This document shows positions 7,850-16,872 of a DNA stretch of 32,000 nt, piece after piece; the first letter of the stretch is position 1; each line of letters begins with the position of its first letter. The notes beneath the pieces are model-generated. The model made no database searches. It saw nothing but the letters and a program-made list of their open reading frames with translations, and was not told the DNA's origin. A program made the position numbers and the translations under genes. The stretch is from Caldivirga maquilingensis IC-167 (GTDB lineage Archaea; Thermoproteota; Thermoprotei; Thermoproteales; Thermocladiaceae). The stretch is taken from positions 840,001 to 872,000 of the forward strand of contig NC_009954.1 of NCBI RefSeq assembly GCF_000018305.1, written 5' to 3'.

Positions 7850-10800
7850 ATGCGTGATAATAAGGGTGATGGCGGCAGTGGGGAACCACTGGTGCTTTAC
7901 CACGGCATGTGCCCCAACTGCGGTGGCCCAGTTACCTCGGATAGGCTTAGGGATGGTTTACCATGCCATGTTTGCCTACCTGAAGGTTCAAGATTAAGGG
8001 CAGCATCATTAAGAGTAGTGTTAAGTGAACTTAATAGAGAAGGTAGATTAGTTAGGCTTAGGGATATCTTCAACTACTTAATGAAGTATGATGAATTCAG
8101 TGAATTATTCAGAAAAGCCACTGGAACCTCAATGTGGGGTGCTCAGAGGTTTTGGGCTAAGAGACTTATCAAGGGTAAGAGCTTCGCCATAATTGCACCC
8201 ACGGGTAGCGGTAAGACCACCTTCGGTTTAGTTGCCTCAATATACGTAGCCAGTAAGGGGGGTAGGGTTCTCATGGTATTCCCAACTTCAACACTGGCTT
8301 ACCAAGTGTATAAGAGGGCTTTAACCTACAGGGATTCCGCAGCCGTTAACATTAAGGTAATAACCTATAATGGCCTACTCAGCGAGAAGGATAAGAGTGA
8401 GGTGCTTAATGCCATTAAGGCAGGCGACTTCAATATACTTATCGTAACTAACGCCTTCCTACCAAAGGGCATGGAGATTCTAAGCAAGTACAGGTTTGAC
8501 CTTGTTTTCGTTGATGACGTTGACAGCGTCATGAAGGCTTCAAGCAGGAATATTGAGAGACTACTTCAGTTACTCGGTGTGCCGAGGGAAGCCATTGATA
8601 AGGCGCTTGAGATTGCGAAGATAAGTGACTTTAAGGAGAGGGAGGGTAAGGTGAGTGAATTAAGGAGGATCCTTGAGGGTAGGAGGATTGGTTCATTAAT
8701 AGTAAGCGGCATGTTAACCAGAACCAGGAGGACGGCTAGGGCTGCATTATTCAGGGAGATACTGGGATTCGATGTTGGTGGTAGGGCTGAGGGGCTTAGG
8801 AATGTGGTTGACCTATACATTAAGCCTAAGGGTGACCTTAAGGTAATTATCCTGGATTTAATTAGGAGGCTTGGTGATGGTGGAATAATATACGTACCCA
8901 CTGACTTAGGCAGGGAATTCGCCGAGGAGTTGAGTAAGTTCCTTAATGATAATGGTATTAACGCTGGGCTTTACCTAAAGCCTAAGAGGAAGTTGATTGA
9001 GGGCTTTGAGGATGGTTCAATACCGGTGCTAATAGGGTTAGCCACATCTAGATCAGCGTTAGTTAGGGGCATTGACCTACCCCATAGGATAAGGTACGTG
9101 GTGTTCGCCGGTGTACCTAAGATAAGGTTCAGGTTATCGCTTAAGGAGTTTAACCCAGGCCGTTACATAATGCTCCTCTCCTCACTTAGGGTTATTGCAC
9201 CAAGTGAATACAAGACTAGGATTGATAAGACTGTTTCAAGCTTAAGGAACATAATGAATTTAAGCCAGGACAGGATTAATAAGATTATTGAAGCTATTGA
9301 GAGAGGTGAGAGTCTTCAGGGCTTCGATAAATATGCCTCAGAAGTCATTAGTAACGCCATTAAGCTTGCCCAGGACTTGCTGAATAGGGATGATGTGAGG
9401 GAAGCCATGAGTAAGTCAATTGTTAATATTCAACGCATGGGTGACGATATCTATGTTATTCTACCAGACTCACCAGCCTACATACAGGGTAGCGGTAGGA
9501 CATCTAGAATGTACCTAGGCGGCATTACCCACGGTCTCTCAGTGCTTATTGTTGATAATGAGGCTGTCTTCAATAGTTTAAGCAGGGACTTAAGGTATAG
9601 GCTGGTGGACTTCCAGTTCATAAATTATGAGGAGTTTAATGTTGATGCCTTACTTAAAACCATTAATGAGGAGAGGGAATTAATAAGGCAAATAATGACT
9701 GGTAATGTACCGCAGAGCATAAGTCAAGTTGATCCACTTAAGTCAGTTCTAGTGATTGTTGAATCACCTACTAAGGCTAGGACAATAGCGAACTTCTTCG
9801 GTAAACCAAGCACAAGGGTGCTCGGTAGTTTAATAGTGTATGAGGTCACTTCAGGTAATCTACTATTAAATATAATAGCCACTAAGGGTCATGTGGTTGA
9901 GTTAGCCACCGAGCAGTATGCGCAGTCAGTTAGTAGTGATGTGGATTACGTGACTAAGTTCATATCAAGTGTAACCAGGAATTATTACTCAGTGTTGAAA
10001 ATAGATGGTAACTTCATCCCAATATACTCAACAATAAAGCGTTGCCCAACCTGTGGTAGATCATTCACTGATGATGTGAGTAAGTGCCCCTTCGATGGTA
10101 CGCCACTAGTGGATAGTAGTGGGGTTATTGAGATGCTTAGGGACCTGGCCACTGAGGTTGACCTAGTCCTAGTGGGTACTGATCCCGACTCAGAGGGTGA
10201 GAAGATAGCCTGGGACGTATTCAACATGCTTAGGCCCTTCGTGCAGGATATTAGGAGGATAGAGTTCCATGAAGTGACTAAGAGGGCTATATTGAATGCG
10301 TTAGCTAATCCAAGGGGGGTAAACGGTAATATGGTTAAGGCTCAATTGGTTAGGCGTATTGAGGATAGGTGGATTGGCTTTGGTTTAAGCTCATACCTAC
10401 AGAGGGCGTTTAATGATAGAAACATGTCAGCCGGTAGGGTTCAGACACCTGTGCTTAAGTGGATTATTGAGAGGTATATTGAGTATAGGAGGAATAGGGT
10501 GATTAGGTTAATTGTTAGGAAGAGGATTAGTGATGGTAAGGTTCTTGAGGTTTCCTTTGATAAGGTTACTAATGGTGATGAAACAGCCAGGGTTAGGCAT
10601 GACTTAAGGGATGTGGCTAAGGATAAGAAGGGGCTTAGAATAATAATAACTAAGCTCAGTGAATCAGAGGAGGAGGTTAACCCGCCACCACCCTTCACCA
10701 CAGACTCAATGCTCACTGAGGCTACTGCTAGACTTAGAGCCGGTACAGAGGAGGTTATGAGGCTTGCACAGGAGTTGTTTGAAATGGGTTTAATAACATA

Positions 10801-11704
10801 CCATAGGACTGATAGCACAAGGGTTTCAGCGGTGGGTATTAGTGTGGCTAAGGAATACTTAACCAACAGGTTCGGTGAAGGTGTCTTCACGGCTAGGGAA
10901 TGGGGTATGGGCGAGGAGGGTGCCCATGAGTGTATTAGGCCAACTAGACCCATTGACTCCGAGGAGCTTAGAAGCCTAATTGATAGTGGCGTGCTTAAAT
11001 TAAAGTTAACTAATAGGCACATTGCACTCTACGATTTAATATTCAGGAGATTCATGGCAAGCCAAATGCAGAGTGGCTTAGTTAAGAAGGTGAAGGTGGA
11101 GGTTAAGTTAATGCGCAATGGCGACATGCTTTCAAGTAGGGTTGATGAATTCGTAACAAGCGTGATTAGGAATGGCTTCTTAGCCATATATCCGACTATT
11201 AGGGTTACTCAATTCCCAGAGTCATCAATGGAGTTACCTGTGACTGAGGAGGATGAGGTTATTGTTAAGACAGTTCACACAACATACCCGTATAGGGAAG
11301 GTGATATTGTTGCTGAAATGAAGAGGAGAAGGATAGGTAGACCATCCACTTACGCCAAGATAATAGAGACTCTTAAGAGGAGGGGTTATGTTAAGGCCCT
11401 TGGTTCAACAAAGGTATTAATCCCAACTAAACGCGGTGTAGCAGCATACATTTGCCTATCGAATGATAAGGATGTGGCTAAACTCTACTTAAGCACTAGA
11501 CGCAATAAGGTTCAGGAGAATACGGAATTCGAGAGTTTACTGAAGCAGTGTAACGTTAACTTCAAGTGCCTTATAAGTGAGGATAGGACTAGAATGGTTG
11601 AGGAACACATGGATAATATTGAGAATGGAGATGAAGATTACTTAACAGTTCTGCATGAATTATTCAATGAGGCTGTTAAATATGGAATAATGCCTCAGAA
11701 TTAA
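7850..11704 (+). CDS. rgy: Reverse gyrase (helicase-like domain fused to a type IA topoisomerase)
   Basis: 1284 aa. N-terminal zinc finger (CPNCGG...CHVC), Walker A (APTGSGKTT), DDVD, and QGSGRTSR (motif VI). These are followed by TOPRIM (VIVESPTKAR, GTDPDSEGEKIAWD), an internal zinc ribbon (CPTCG...CPFDG) and the catalytic-Tyr motif (ITYHRTDSTRVS). Confidence 0.97.
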   Translation: MRDNKGDGGSGEPLVLYHGMCPNCGGPVTSDRLRDGLPCHVCLPEGSRLRAASLRVVLSELNREGRLVRLRDIFNYLMKYDEFSELFRKATGTSMWGAQRFWAKRLIKGKSFAIIAPTGSGKTTFGLVASIYVASKGGRVLMVFPTSTLAYQVYKRALTYRDSAAVNIKVITYNGLLSEKDKSEVLNAIKAGDFNILIVTNAFLPKGMEILSKYRFDLVFVDDVDSVMKASSRNIERLLQLLGVPREAIDKALEIAKISDFKEREGKVSELRRILEGRRIGSLIVSGMLTRTRRTARAALFREILGFDVGGRAEGLRNVVDLYIKPKGDLKVIILDLIRRLGDGGIIYVPTDLGREFAEELSKFLNDNGINAGLYLKPKRKLIEGFEDGSIPVLIGLATSRSALVRGIDLPHRIRYVVFAGVPKIRFRLSLKEFNPGRYIMLLSSLRVIAPSEYKTRIDKTVSSLRNIMNLSQDRINKIIEAIERGESLQGFDKYASEVISNAIKLAQDLLNRDDVREAMSKSIVNIQRMGDDIYVILPDSPAYIQGSGRTSRMYLGGITHGLSVLIVDNEAVFNSLSRDLRYRLVDFQFINYEEFNVDALLKTINEERELIRQIMTGNVPQSISQVDPLKSVLVIVESPTKARTIANFFGKPSTRVLGSLIVYEVTSGNLLLNIIATKGHVVELATEQYAQSVSSDVDYVTKFISSVTRNYYSVLKIDGNFIPIYSTIKRCPTCGRSFTDDVSKCPFDGTPLVDSSGVIEMLRDLATEVDLVLVGTDPDSEGEKIAWDVFNMLRPFVQDIRRIEFHEVTKRAILNALANPRGVNGNMVKAQLVRRIEDRWIGFGLSSYLQRAFNDRNMSAGRVQTPVLKWIIERYIEYRRNRVIRLIVRKRISDGKVLEVSFDKVTNGDETARVRHDLRDVAKDKKGLRIIITKLSESEEEVNPPPPFTTDSMLTEATARLRAGTEEVMRLAQELFEMGLITYHRTDSTRVSAVGISVAKEYLTNRFGEGVFTAREWGMGEEGAHECIRPTRPIDSEELRSLIDSGVLKLKLTNRHIALYDLIFRRFMASQMQSGLVKKVKVEVKLMRNGDMLSSRVDEFVTSVIRNGFLAIYPTIRVTQFPESSMELPVTEEDEVIVKTVHTTYPYREGDIVAEMKRRRIGRPSTYAKIIETLKRRGYVKALGSTKVLIPTKRGVAAYICLSNDKDVAKLYLSTRRNKVQENTEFESLLKQCNVNFKCLISEDRTRMVEEHMDNIENGDEDYLTVLHELFNEAVKYGIMPQN

Positions 11705-11834
11705 TTAAATTCACTTGAACCGCATACGATACGTCAGTATTTAGACGATCATATTAATATTGATAATAATTGTCATATTTATGACTACTAAGTCAATTAA
11801 TTTGACTAGTTTGGTACCCTATTTGGTGGTCTGA

Positions 11835-13223
11835 GTGCAACTGGAGACCCTTTACGAGAAGGATAGGAGAACTGTATGGATAGCCAGTTGGATTCTGCTG
11901 GCGTTAGCCCTTGGGCTACTGCTTGGGGGAGTGTACATGCAGGTGGTTCTTCATGAGACTAAGGCACCGCTATTACTTGGTATTGTGGCGGCATTACCAC
12001 TTGCTATTCCACTTGAATTATGGAACTTCTCTGATCCTGACACATTATTCAGAGTTATGGCATTACAGGATAGATTCTTAGTTGCTTGCTTTGGTTTCGC
12101 AATAGGTTTAGGGGCAATACTACTATATGGTCTTAACCTGTTTACTCATCCCAACTTCGGCATTAAGGACCTATTCATAGGTGGTATAATCCTAGGTGGC
12201 CTACTCTTTGGTGTGGGGGTTGGGTTAGCAGGCTACTTCCCAGGCACCATATGGATAGCCCTTGGGCAGGGTAGGAGGGATGCATTATATGCTGTGGCTG
12301 GTGGTTTACTGGGTGCCTTCACTTGGTCAATGATATTTGGTTGGGCTAGGGGGCCATTATGGGATACATTGAACTTCGGCCCAATTACCTGGCCTAACTT
12401 ATTCGGTATACCCTTCAGTGATAAAGTTGGGATGTTCGCTGGCTCAATAGTATTCGGTGTATTACTACTTCTAGTGTTCCTATTCCTACCAAGGTACCCT
12501 AAGCAGCCCATTAAGCATGCCTGTGGATTCCACCTAGCTGGTGTTGGTAAGGAGACTGTGATTAGGTTTAGCGATATGATGAATGATGACTTAGTCAAGT
12601 ACCCCAATCAGAATAGGTTCCTTGTTGAGTTAATTAATGAGAGTAGTGTGAGGAATGCTAGGTTCATAATGGTACTTGGCGCCGCCTTCACCATCGAGGC
12701 TGTGGCGGTGATAATATTGCATCAGATATTTGGTGAATCAACAACGTACTCATGGATTGGTGCCCAGTTATCGTACTTAGTTAACCCGTATTGGGCTGCA
12801 TCAAACCCATACTTCCAATTATTCGGTGGAATGCATATTGTTAACGGTATACCTGTGAATAAACCCTTCAGTGAAATCGGCTGGGAACCAATAACCGACT
12901 TAAGCACATTCATAGGTGGTTTAGTGTCATCATTATTCATATCAAGGAGATTCATGGGTTTCAGGAACCAGATACCGAGGGTTTGGGCTCATAGGTTTGG
13001 TGAATCAACGTGGAAGAGGTTCCTTGGTTCATTCTTCGGAGCATACCTAGTACTATTCGGTGCAAGGATGGCGAATGGATGCGCCAGTGGGCATATTTTA
13101 AGTGGGGATATTCAAATGGCTGTATCCAGTGCATTATTCCTAGTAATGGTAATGATTGGAAGCATGCTAACCCTAAGATACGTGCTGAAGCTGAGGATAA
13201 ACGCCTGGGGATACGTTCAGTGA
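11835..13223 (+). CDS. YeeE/YedE-family (sulfur-compound transport-like) polytopic membrane protein
   Basis: 462 aa, multi-TM and Gly-rich. The C-terminal module carries the family signature GARMANGCASGHILSG. The equivalent N-terminal module reads GLAGYFPGTIW and has no Cys. GTG start. Confidence 0.6.
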   Translation: MQLETLYEKDRRTVWIASWILLALALGLLLGGVYMQVVLHETKAPLLLGIVAALPLAIPLELWNFSDPDTLFRVMALQDRFLVACFGFAIGLGAILLYGLNLFTHPNFGIKDLFIGGIILGGLLFGVGVGLAGYFPGTIWIALGQGRRDALYAVAGGLLGAFTWSMIFGWARGPLWDTLNFGPITWPNLFGIPFSDKVGMFAGSIVFGVLLLLVFLFLPRYPKQPIKHACGFHLAGVGKETVIRFSDMMNDDLVKYPNQNRFLVELINESSVRNARFIMVLGAAFTIEAVAVIILHQIFGESTTYSWIGAQLSYLVNPYWAASNPYFQLFGGMHIVNGIPVNKPFSEIGWEPITDLSTFIGGLVSSLFISRRFMGFRNQIPRVWAHRFGESTWKRFLGSFFGAYLVLFGARMANGCASGHILSGDIQMAVSSALFLVMVMIGSMLTLRYVLKLRINAWGYVQ

Positions 13224-13287
13224 ACATTTAGCTAATGCCATAATTTAAATTAAAATCATTTATTTTCACTTTACCTTAAGGGTAATC

Positions 13288-13297
13288 CTTTTAAGCT
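13288..13297 (+). promoter_or_regulatory. TATA-box-like element (CCTTTTAAGC) upstream of the Rieske gene
   Basis: It lies about 21-30 nt upstream of the ATG at 13318, in an AT-rich spacer. Confidence 0.35.
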
Positions 13298-13317
13298 AGT
13301 TAACCTTACTTAGAGCC

Positions 13318-13659
13318 ATGGGAATGAGGGTGAATATACTTGTTAAGGTGTTTGAGAGAAGAAACTCAATAATAGCCTGGGTTAATAATAAACCCATCCT
13401 AATAGTTAAGTATGGGGATAAGTTATACGGCATGGATGCTGTATGCGCTCACATGGGTTGTGCCTTACTCACTGATGTTAACGGCTACGTAGCCACATGC
13501 CCAGCCCACTTAGCTAAGTATGATGTTAGGACTGGTGAATTAATTGAGAAACCTGTAGTTAGGCCTGAGGTTCCCTGCGAATACATGCAGGTTAAGGTTC
13601 CTTTAAAGACGTATAAGATTAACGTTACGCCTGAGGGTTTCCTTGAAGTTGAGGAGTAG
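13318..13659 (+). CDS. Small Rieske [2Fe-2S] domain protein
   Basis: 113 aa. It has CAH-x15-CPAH (CAHMGCALLTDVNGYVATCPAHLAKYD), which matches the CxH-x(15-17)-CxxH Rieske ligand pattern, followed by the typical D..TGE. Confidence 0.8.
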   Translation: MGMRVNILVKVFERRNSIIAWVNNKPILIVKYGDKLYGMDAVCAHMGCALLTDVNGYVATCPAHLAKYDVRTGELIEKPVVRPEVPCEYMQVKVPLKTYKINVTPEGFLEVEE

Positions 13660-14320
13660 GGCAACCAGCGTATTTAGCGGCTGCACATAGTATGTTAACT
13701 AGGTCACTTAATCTTAACCTACCAGTATTAGTATTCCTTGGACTTGGGTGATAACTCATGTATACTGCAGTATCGTTAATCTTAACTACACCCCCATGCT
13801 TAAAGCCTCCACGTAGCCCAAGAGCCATGGCCACTCCCCTCCATGCAACTTCACCAAGCACCACTATCGCCCTAGGCTTAACCATATTTATTTCATTAAT
13901 AAACCACCTGCCTACACAAGCCTTAACCTCACCTGGAGTTGGTTTATTATCCGGTGGTGCACACTTAACGACTGACGTAATGTAAACACAGTTAACCTTA
14001 GTGCCGTCAATCCTACTAAGGCTATATGGGTTATTTGATAATCCACATGCGTGAAGAGCCTTGAAAAGGAATTGGGCGCTCGCATCACCGGTGAACATTC
14101 TACCCGTCCTATTGCCACCATGGGCGGCTGGTGCTAACCCCACTATCATGATTCTTGGGTTACTCAAGTCTCCCCAAGGTGGTACTGGTTTCCTCCAGTA
14201 TTCATCATTACTAAACCTAGGTAACGGTGGCACGGTTACCCTATACCTTACTAACCTTTCGCAGTAGTTGCAATTAATTAGGTTCCTGAGTAAATCATGG
14301 TAATGTGCATTAATACTCAC
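13625..14320 (-). CDS. udg: Uracil-DNA glycosylase superfamily protein (family 4/5 type, Fe-S containing)
   Basis: 231 aa. N-terminal CNYCERL. Motif 1 is GLAPAAHGGNRTGRMFTGD; the GLAPA form resembles family 5 UDGb. Also VVKCAPP and C-terminal HPSPRNTNTGR. Confidence 0.78.
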   Translation of the reverse strand: MSINAHYHDLLRNLINCNYCERLVRYRVTVPPLPRFSNDEYWRKPVPPWGDLSNPRIMIVGLAPAAHGGNRTGRMFTGDASAQFLFKALHACGLSNNPYSLSRIDGTKVNCVYITSVVKCAPPDNKPTPGEVKACVGRWFINEINMVKPRAIVVLGEVAWRGVAMALGLRGGFKHGGVVKINDTAVYMSYHPSPRNTNTGRLRLSDLVNILCAAAKYAGCPTPQLQGNPQA

Positions 14321-14348
14321 TCCCCACTCACCTCAAATTAAATTTAAC

Positions 14349-15110
14349 CTACTTAAGCCACTCATCAAGACCAGTGGATTTAAGGGTACTGGTTTTATTA
14401 TGTGCGCTAACTTCCTTACACCTACTGTATTCCCTTGGTTCAATTACGTTAATTCCACCATCACTATAATCTATTATGAATGGGGAGGCAACGTTCTCGA
14501 AGGCTGCATTAATTATTACTGAGTCACCCATTTTAACACACCTGGTTTTTGAACGATGAGCATGACCATGTATGGCAAGTACCCTACTGCTTGATAATAC
14601 TTCCTCAAGTTTTCTAGTACCTAGGAGTGGGTAATTATACTCATTCTCACCCTCCAGTGTTGCGTAGACTGGTGCATAGTGGGTTAGTAGGATGACTTCA
14701 TTGGAGTTCTTAAGCTCATTAATCAACCACCCCAGTCTCCTCCTATATAATTCATCAATACCCTTAATGTTCCTCTCCTGCCATTTAGTTGGCTTATCTA
14801 ATATGCCCCTTGATCCAATGATTTTAACACCATTAATGATGAGTGCCTCATCATTCAGCAGGGTTAAGCCACTCATCCCCTTCAATGCCCTTAACTTATC
14901 ATCATACTCCTCATTACCCGGTACAGCTATAATAGCACCAGCCCTATTCCTCAATAAGTTGATTATTACACTGTAGTACTCAATCCTACCCCCATCAACC
15001 ATATCTCCAGCCAATAGGGCTAAGTCAACGTTACTAACATTAACTAAACTATTCTTGAACTCGCTTAAATGCTTTGGTGAATGAACATCTGAAGTTGCAA
15101 GTATTCTCAC
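14349..15110 (-). CDS. Calcineurin-like metallophosphoesterase
   Basis: 253 aa. SDVHSP (DxH), AGDMVDGG (GD), PGNEEYD (a variant of GNHD/E), THYAP and HGHAHRS motifs in canonical order. Confidence 0.75.
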   Translation of the reverse strand: MRILATSDVHSPKHLSEFKNSLVNVSNVDLALLAGDMVDGGRIEYYSVIINLLRNRAGAIIAVPGNEEYDDKLRALKGMSGLTLLNDEALIINGVKIIGSRGILDKPTKWQERNIKGIDELYRRRLGWLINELKNSNEVILLTHYAPVYATLEGENEYNYPLLGTRKLEEVLSSSRVLAIHGHAHRSKTRCVKMGDSVIINAAFENVASPFIIDYSDGGINVIEPREYSRCKEVSAHNKTSTLKSTGLDEWLK

Positions 15111-15264
15111 ATAGGTAGCATTAAATTGAGGTTAATTAATGCTTCTATTCATCCCTATGAAATTTATGGACTTTAAGAATCCTCACCCCTGCATGCTGGG
15201 TTATTACCGCGTGTTCATTAATGACATTAAGGGCATGTGGTTGCTATGATAGTTATGGTACAAT

Positions 15265-15272
15265 AATTTAAA
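15265..15272 (+). promoter_or_regulatory. TATA-box-like element (AATTTAAA) about 24 nt upstream of the glycerate kinase start
   Basis: Its position relative to the ATG at 15296 is consistent with a leaderless transcript. Confidence 0.4.
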
Positions 15273-15295
15273 GGAATACATTAACCACTTAATGC

Positions 15296-16633
15296 ATGCA
15301 GGCTAACGATTCCAGTGAACTTAGGGATCTTGCACTTAGGTTAGTTAATCAAGCTCTTACTGCCTCAGATCCGGCACCAGTGGTTAGGAATTGTGTTAGA
15401 CAGGTAGGTAGTAGTATTAATGTTTGCGGTAGGGAATTTAACGTGAGGGATATTGCTGTGGTTGCTATTGGTAAAGCCGCCCCAAGGCTTATTGATGGTG
15501 CATTATCCTCAGTGAATGCAACCAGGGCATTAGCAGTAATACCTAGGGATTGGGTAAAGCCTAAGTCGAGTAATGTTGAGGTTATTGAATCAACACACCC
15601 ATTACCAAGTGATTTAAGCATTAAGGCCGCTGAGGAGATTATTGAATTATCCAGAACCTTAAGTAGAGGTGACTTAGCCTTAATCCTCATTAGCGGTGGT
15701 GGAAGCGCATTAGTTGAATTACCTAGGCCACCATTAACCATTGATGATTTAGTTGAGTTAAATAGGTTAATGCTTAATTCGGGAATGAGCATCAGTGAGA
15801 TTAACACTGTACGTAAGCACGTATCAATGATTAAGGGTGGTCAATTAGCCCAATACTTCATTAAGAGGGGTGTTAGGGTTGTTGGATTATATGTTAGTGA
15901 TGTACCTGGTGATGATCCATCACTAATAGCAAGCGGCCCAACGGTCCCAGATAAGTCAAGCTTCAGTGACGCCGTAAGCATTCTTAAGGCAAGGGGTATT
16001 TGGGGTAGTTTACCGGATAAGGTTAAGGTTTTACTTGAAAATGGGGTAAGGGGTAGTATTCCAGAAACCCCAAAGAGGCTTAAGGCTATGAATAAGGTAA
16101 TATTAACTAACCTTAATGTACTTAAGAGCCTAAGGTTAAGGCTCAGTGAACTTGGCGTTAAGTCAATCATATTAACATCCAGGCTTGAGGGTGAAGCCCG
16201 TGAGGTTGGGAAGGCATTAGCCTCAATCACCCTTGACTCCTTAAGGAGAGGCTTACTGCTTAAGAGGGGTGTAGTGTTGGCTGGTGGTGAACCTACCGTT
16301 ACCGTTAGGGGTAATGGTAGGGGTGGTAGAACAATGGAGCTTGCAGCAGCCTTCGCTAAGTCAGTGAGTGGGCATGGTTCAGTGGCTTTACTGGCCTTAG
16401 CCACGGATGGTATTGATGGTAATACCGATGCCGCAGGTGCATACGCCGACTACACCACTGAATCAAGGGCGATGAGTATTGGTTTAAGCATAGATGATGC
16501 CTTAAGTAGAAACGATACGTACACTCTATTTAAGGCATTAAATGACACCATTATAACAGGCCCAACGGGGACTCAGGTTAACACAATTATAGCCATGCTA
16601 ATTAACGCTAAGATCACTCACCAAGTCCAGTAA
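15296..16633 (+). CDS. MOFRL-family glycerate 2-kinase (hydroxypyruvate reductase-like)
   Basis: 445 aa. LILISGGGSALVE, AGGEPTVTVRGNGRGGRTMELA and LALATDGIDGNTDAAGA motifs typical of the DUF4147/MOFRL glycerate kinase family. Confidence 0.75.
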   Translation: MQANDSSELRDLALRLVNQALTASDPAPVVRNCVRQVGSSINVCGREFNVRDIAVVAIGKAAPRLIDGALSSVNATRALAVIPRDWVKPKSSNVEVIESTHPLPSDLSIKAAEEIIELSRTLSRGDLALILISGGGSALVELPRPPLTIDDLVELNRLMLNSGMSISEINTVRKHVSMIKGGQLAQYFIKRGVRVVGLYVSDVPGDDPSLIASGPTVPDKSSFSDAVSILKARGIWGSLPDKVKVLLENGVRGSIPETPKRLKAMNKVILTNLNVLKSLRLRLSELGVKSIILTSRLEGEAREVGKALASITLDSLRRGLLLKRGVVLAGGEPTVTVRGNGRGGRTMELAAAFAKSVSGHGSVALLALATDGIDGNTDAAGAYADYTTESRAMSIGLSIDDALSRNDTYTLFKALNDTIITGPTGTQVNTIIAMLINAKITHQVQ

Positions 16634-16872
16634 GGGTTTTGGTAATTTAGTAAACTATATTGCGTAACACAGCCTTGATTATTATATTAAAACTATAAAA
16701 CTATTAATCCTACCTCTTATTCATAGCTTCAACCTAACTGCTGTAAGTATTAGCCTATTCTTAATTCTCCACTACAATTATGATTATCTCTTACTTAAAG
16801 GCTTAACCATTAGTGGGGAATGAGGTAAAACCTTGAATTAAGTTAAAAAATTAAAGTTAGGTTTCCTTAATT

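Noticed and set aside
7794-7997. A 67-aa plus-strand ORF overlapping the 5' end of rgy in another frame.
   Set aside because: It begins upstream of the rgy TATA box and runs out of frame through the conserved zinc-finger codons of reverse gyrase. It has no motif, so it is most likely spurious.
10441-11022. A 193-aa ORF antisense to reverse gyrase. Similar long antisense ORFs occur at 8566..8901, 9985..10227, 6985..7536, 15349..15807, 15841..16404, 21787..22203, 5138..5494, 12233..12607, 24344..24613 and 25250..25573.
   Set aside because: Each lies wholly inside a strongly supported CDS on the other strand. Their translations are low-complexity Ser/Leu/Pro/Thr-rich strings without motifs, as expected for shadow frames of purine-rich (RNY-like) coding sequence.
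7850-11704. A possible intein in reverse gyrase, since inteins are known in the rgy genes of some archaea.
   Set aside because: The helicase and topoisomerase motifs are contiguous. No Cys/Ser...HN-Cys/Ser/Thr-bounded insertion is visible. The 1284-aa length is explained by ordinary linker, latch and C-terminal regions.
12961-13231. Overlapping 88-aa (minus) and 73-aa (plus) ORFs at the 3' end of the YeeE-like gene.
   Set aside because: The main frame through this region encodes the conserved NGCASGH transporter motif and TM segments. The alternative frames lack any signature.
16634-16872. AT-rich ~240-nt spacers flanking the APC permease gene (also 18394..18635), considered as possible insertion scars or ncRNA loci.
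   Set aside because: There are no flanking direct or inverted repeats, no GC-rich structured core and no ORF remnants. The spacers are consistent with ordinary terminator and promoter regions.
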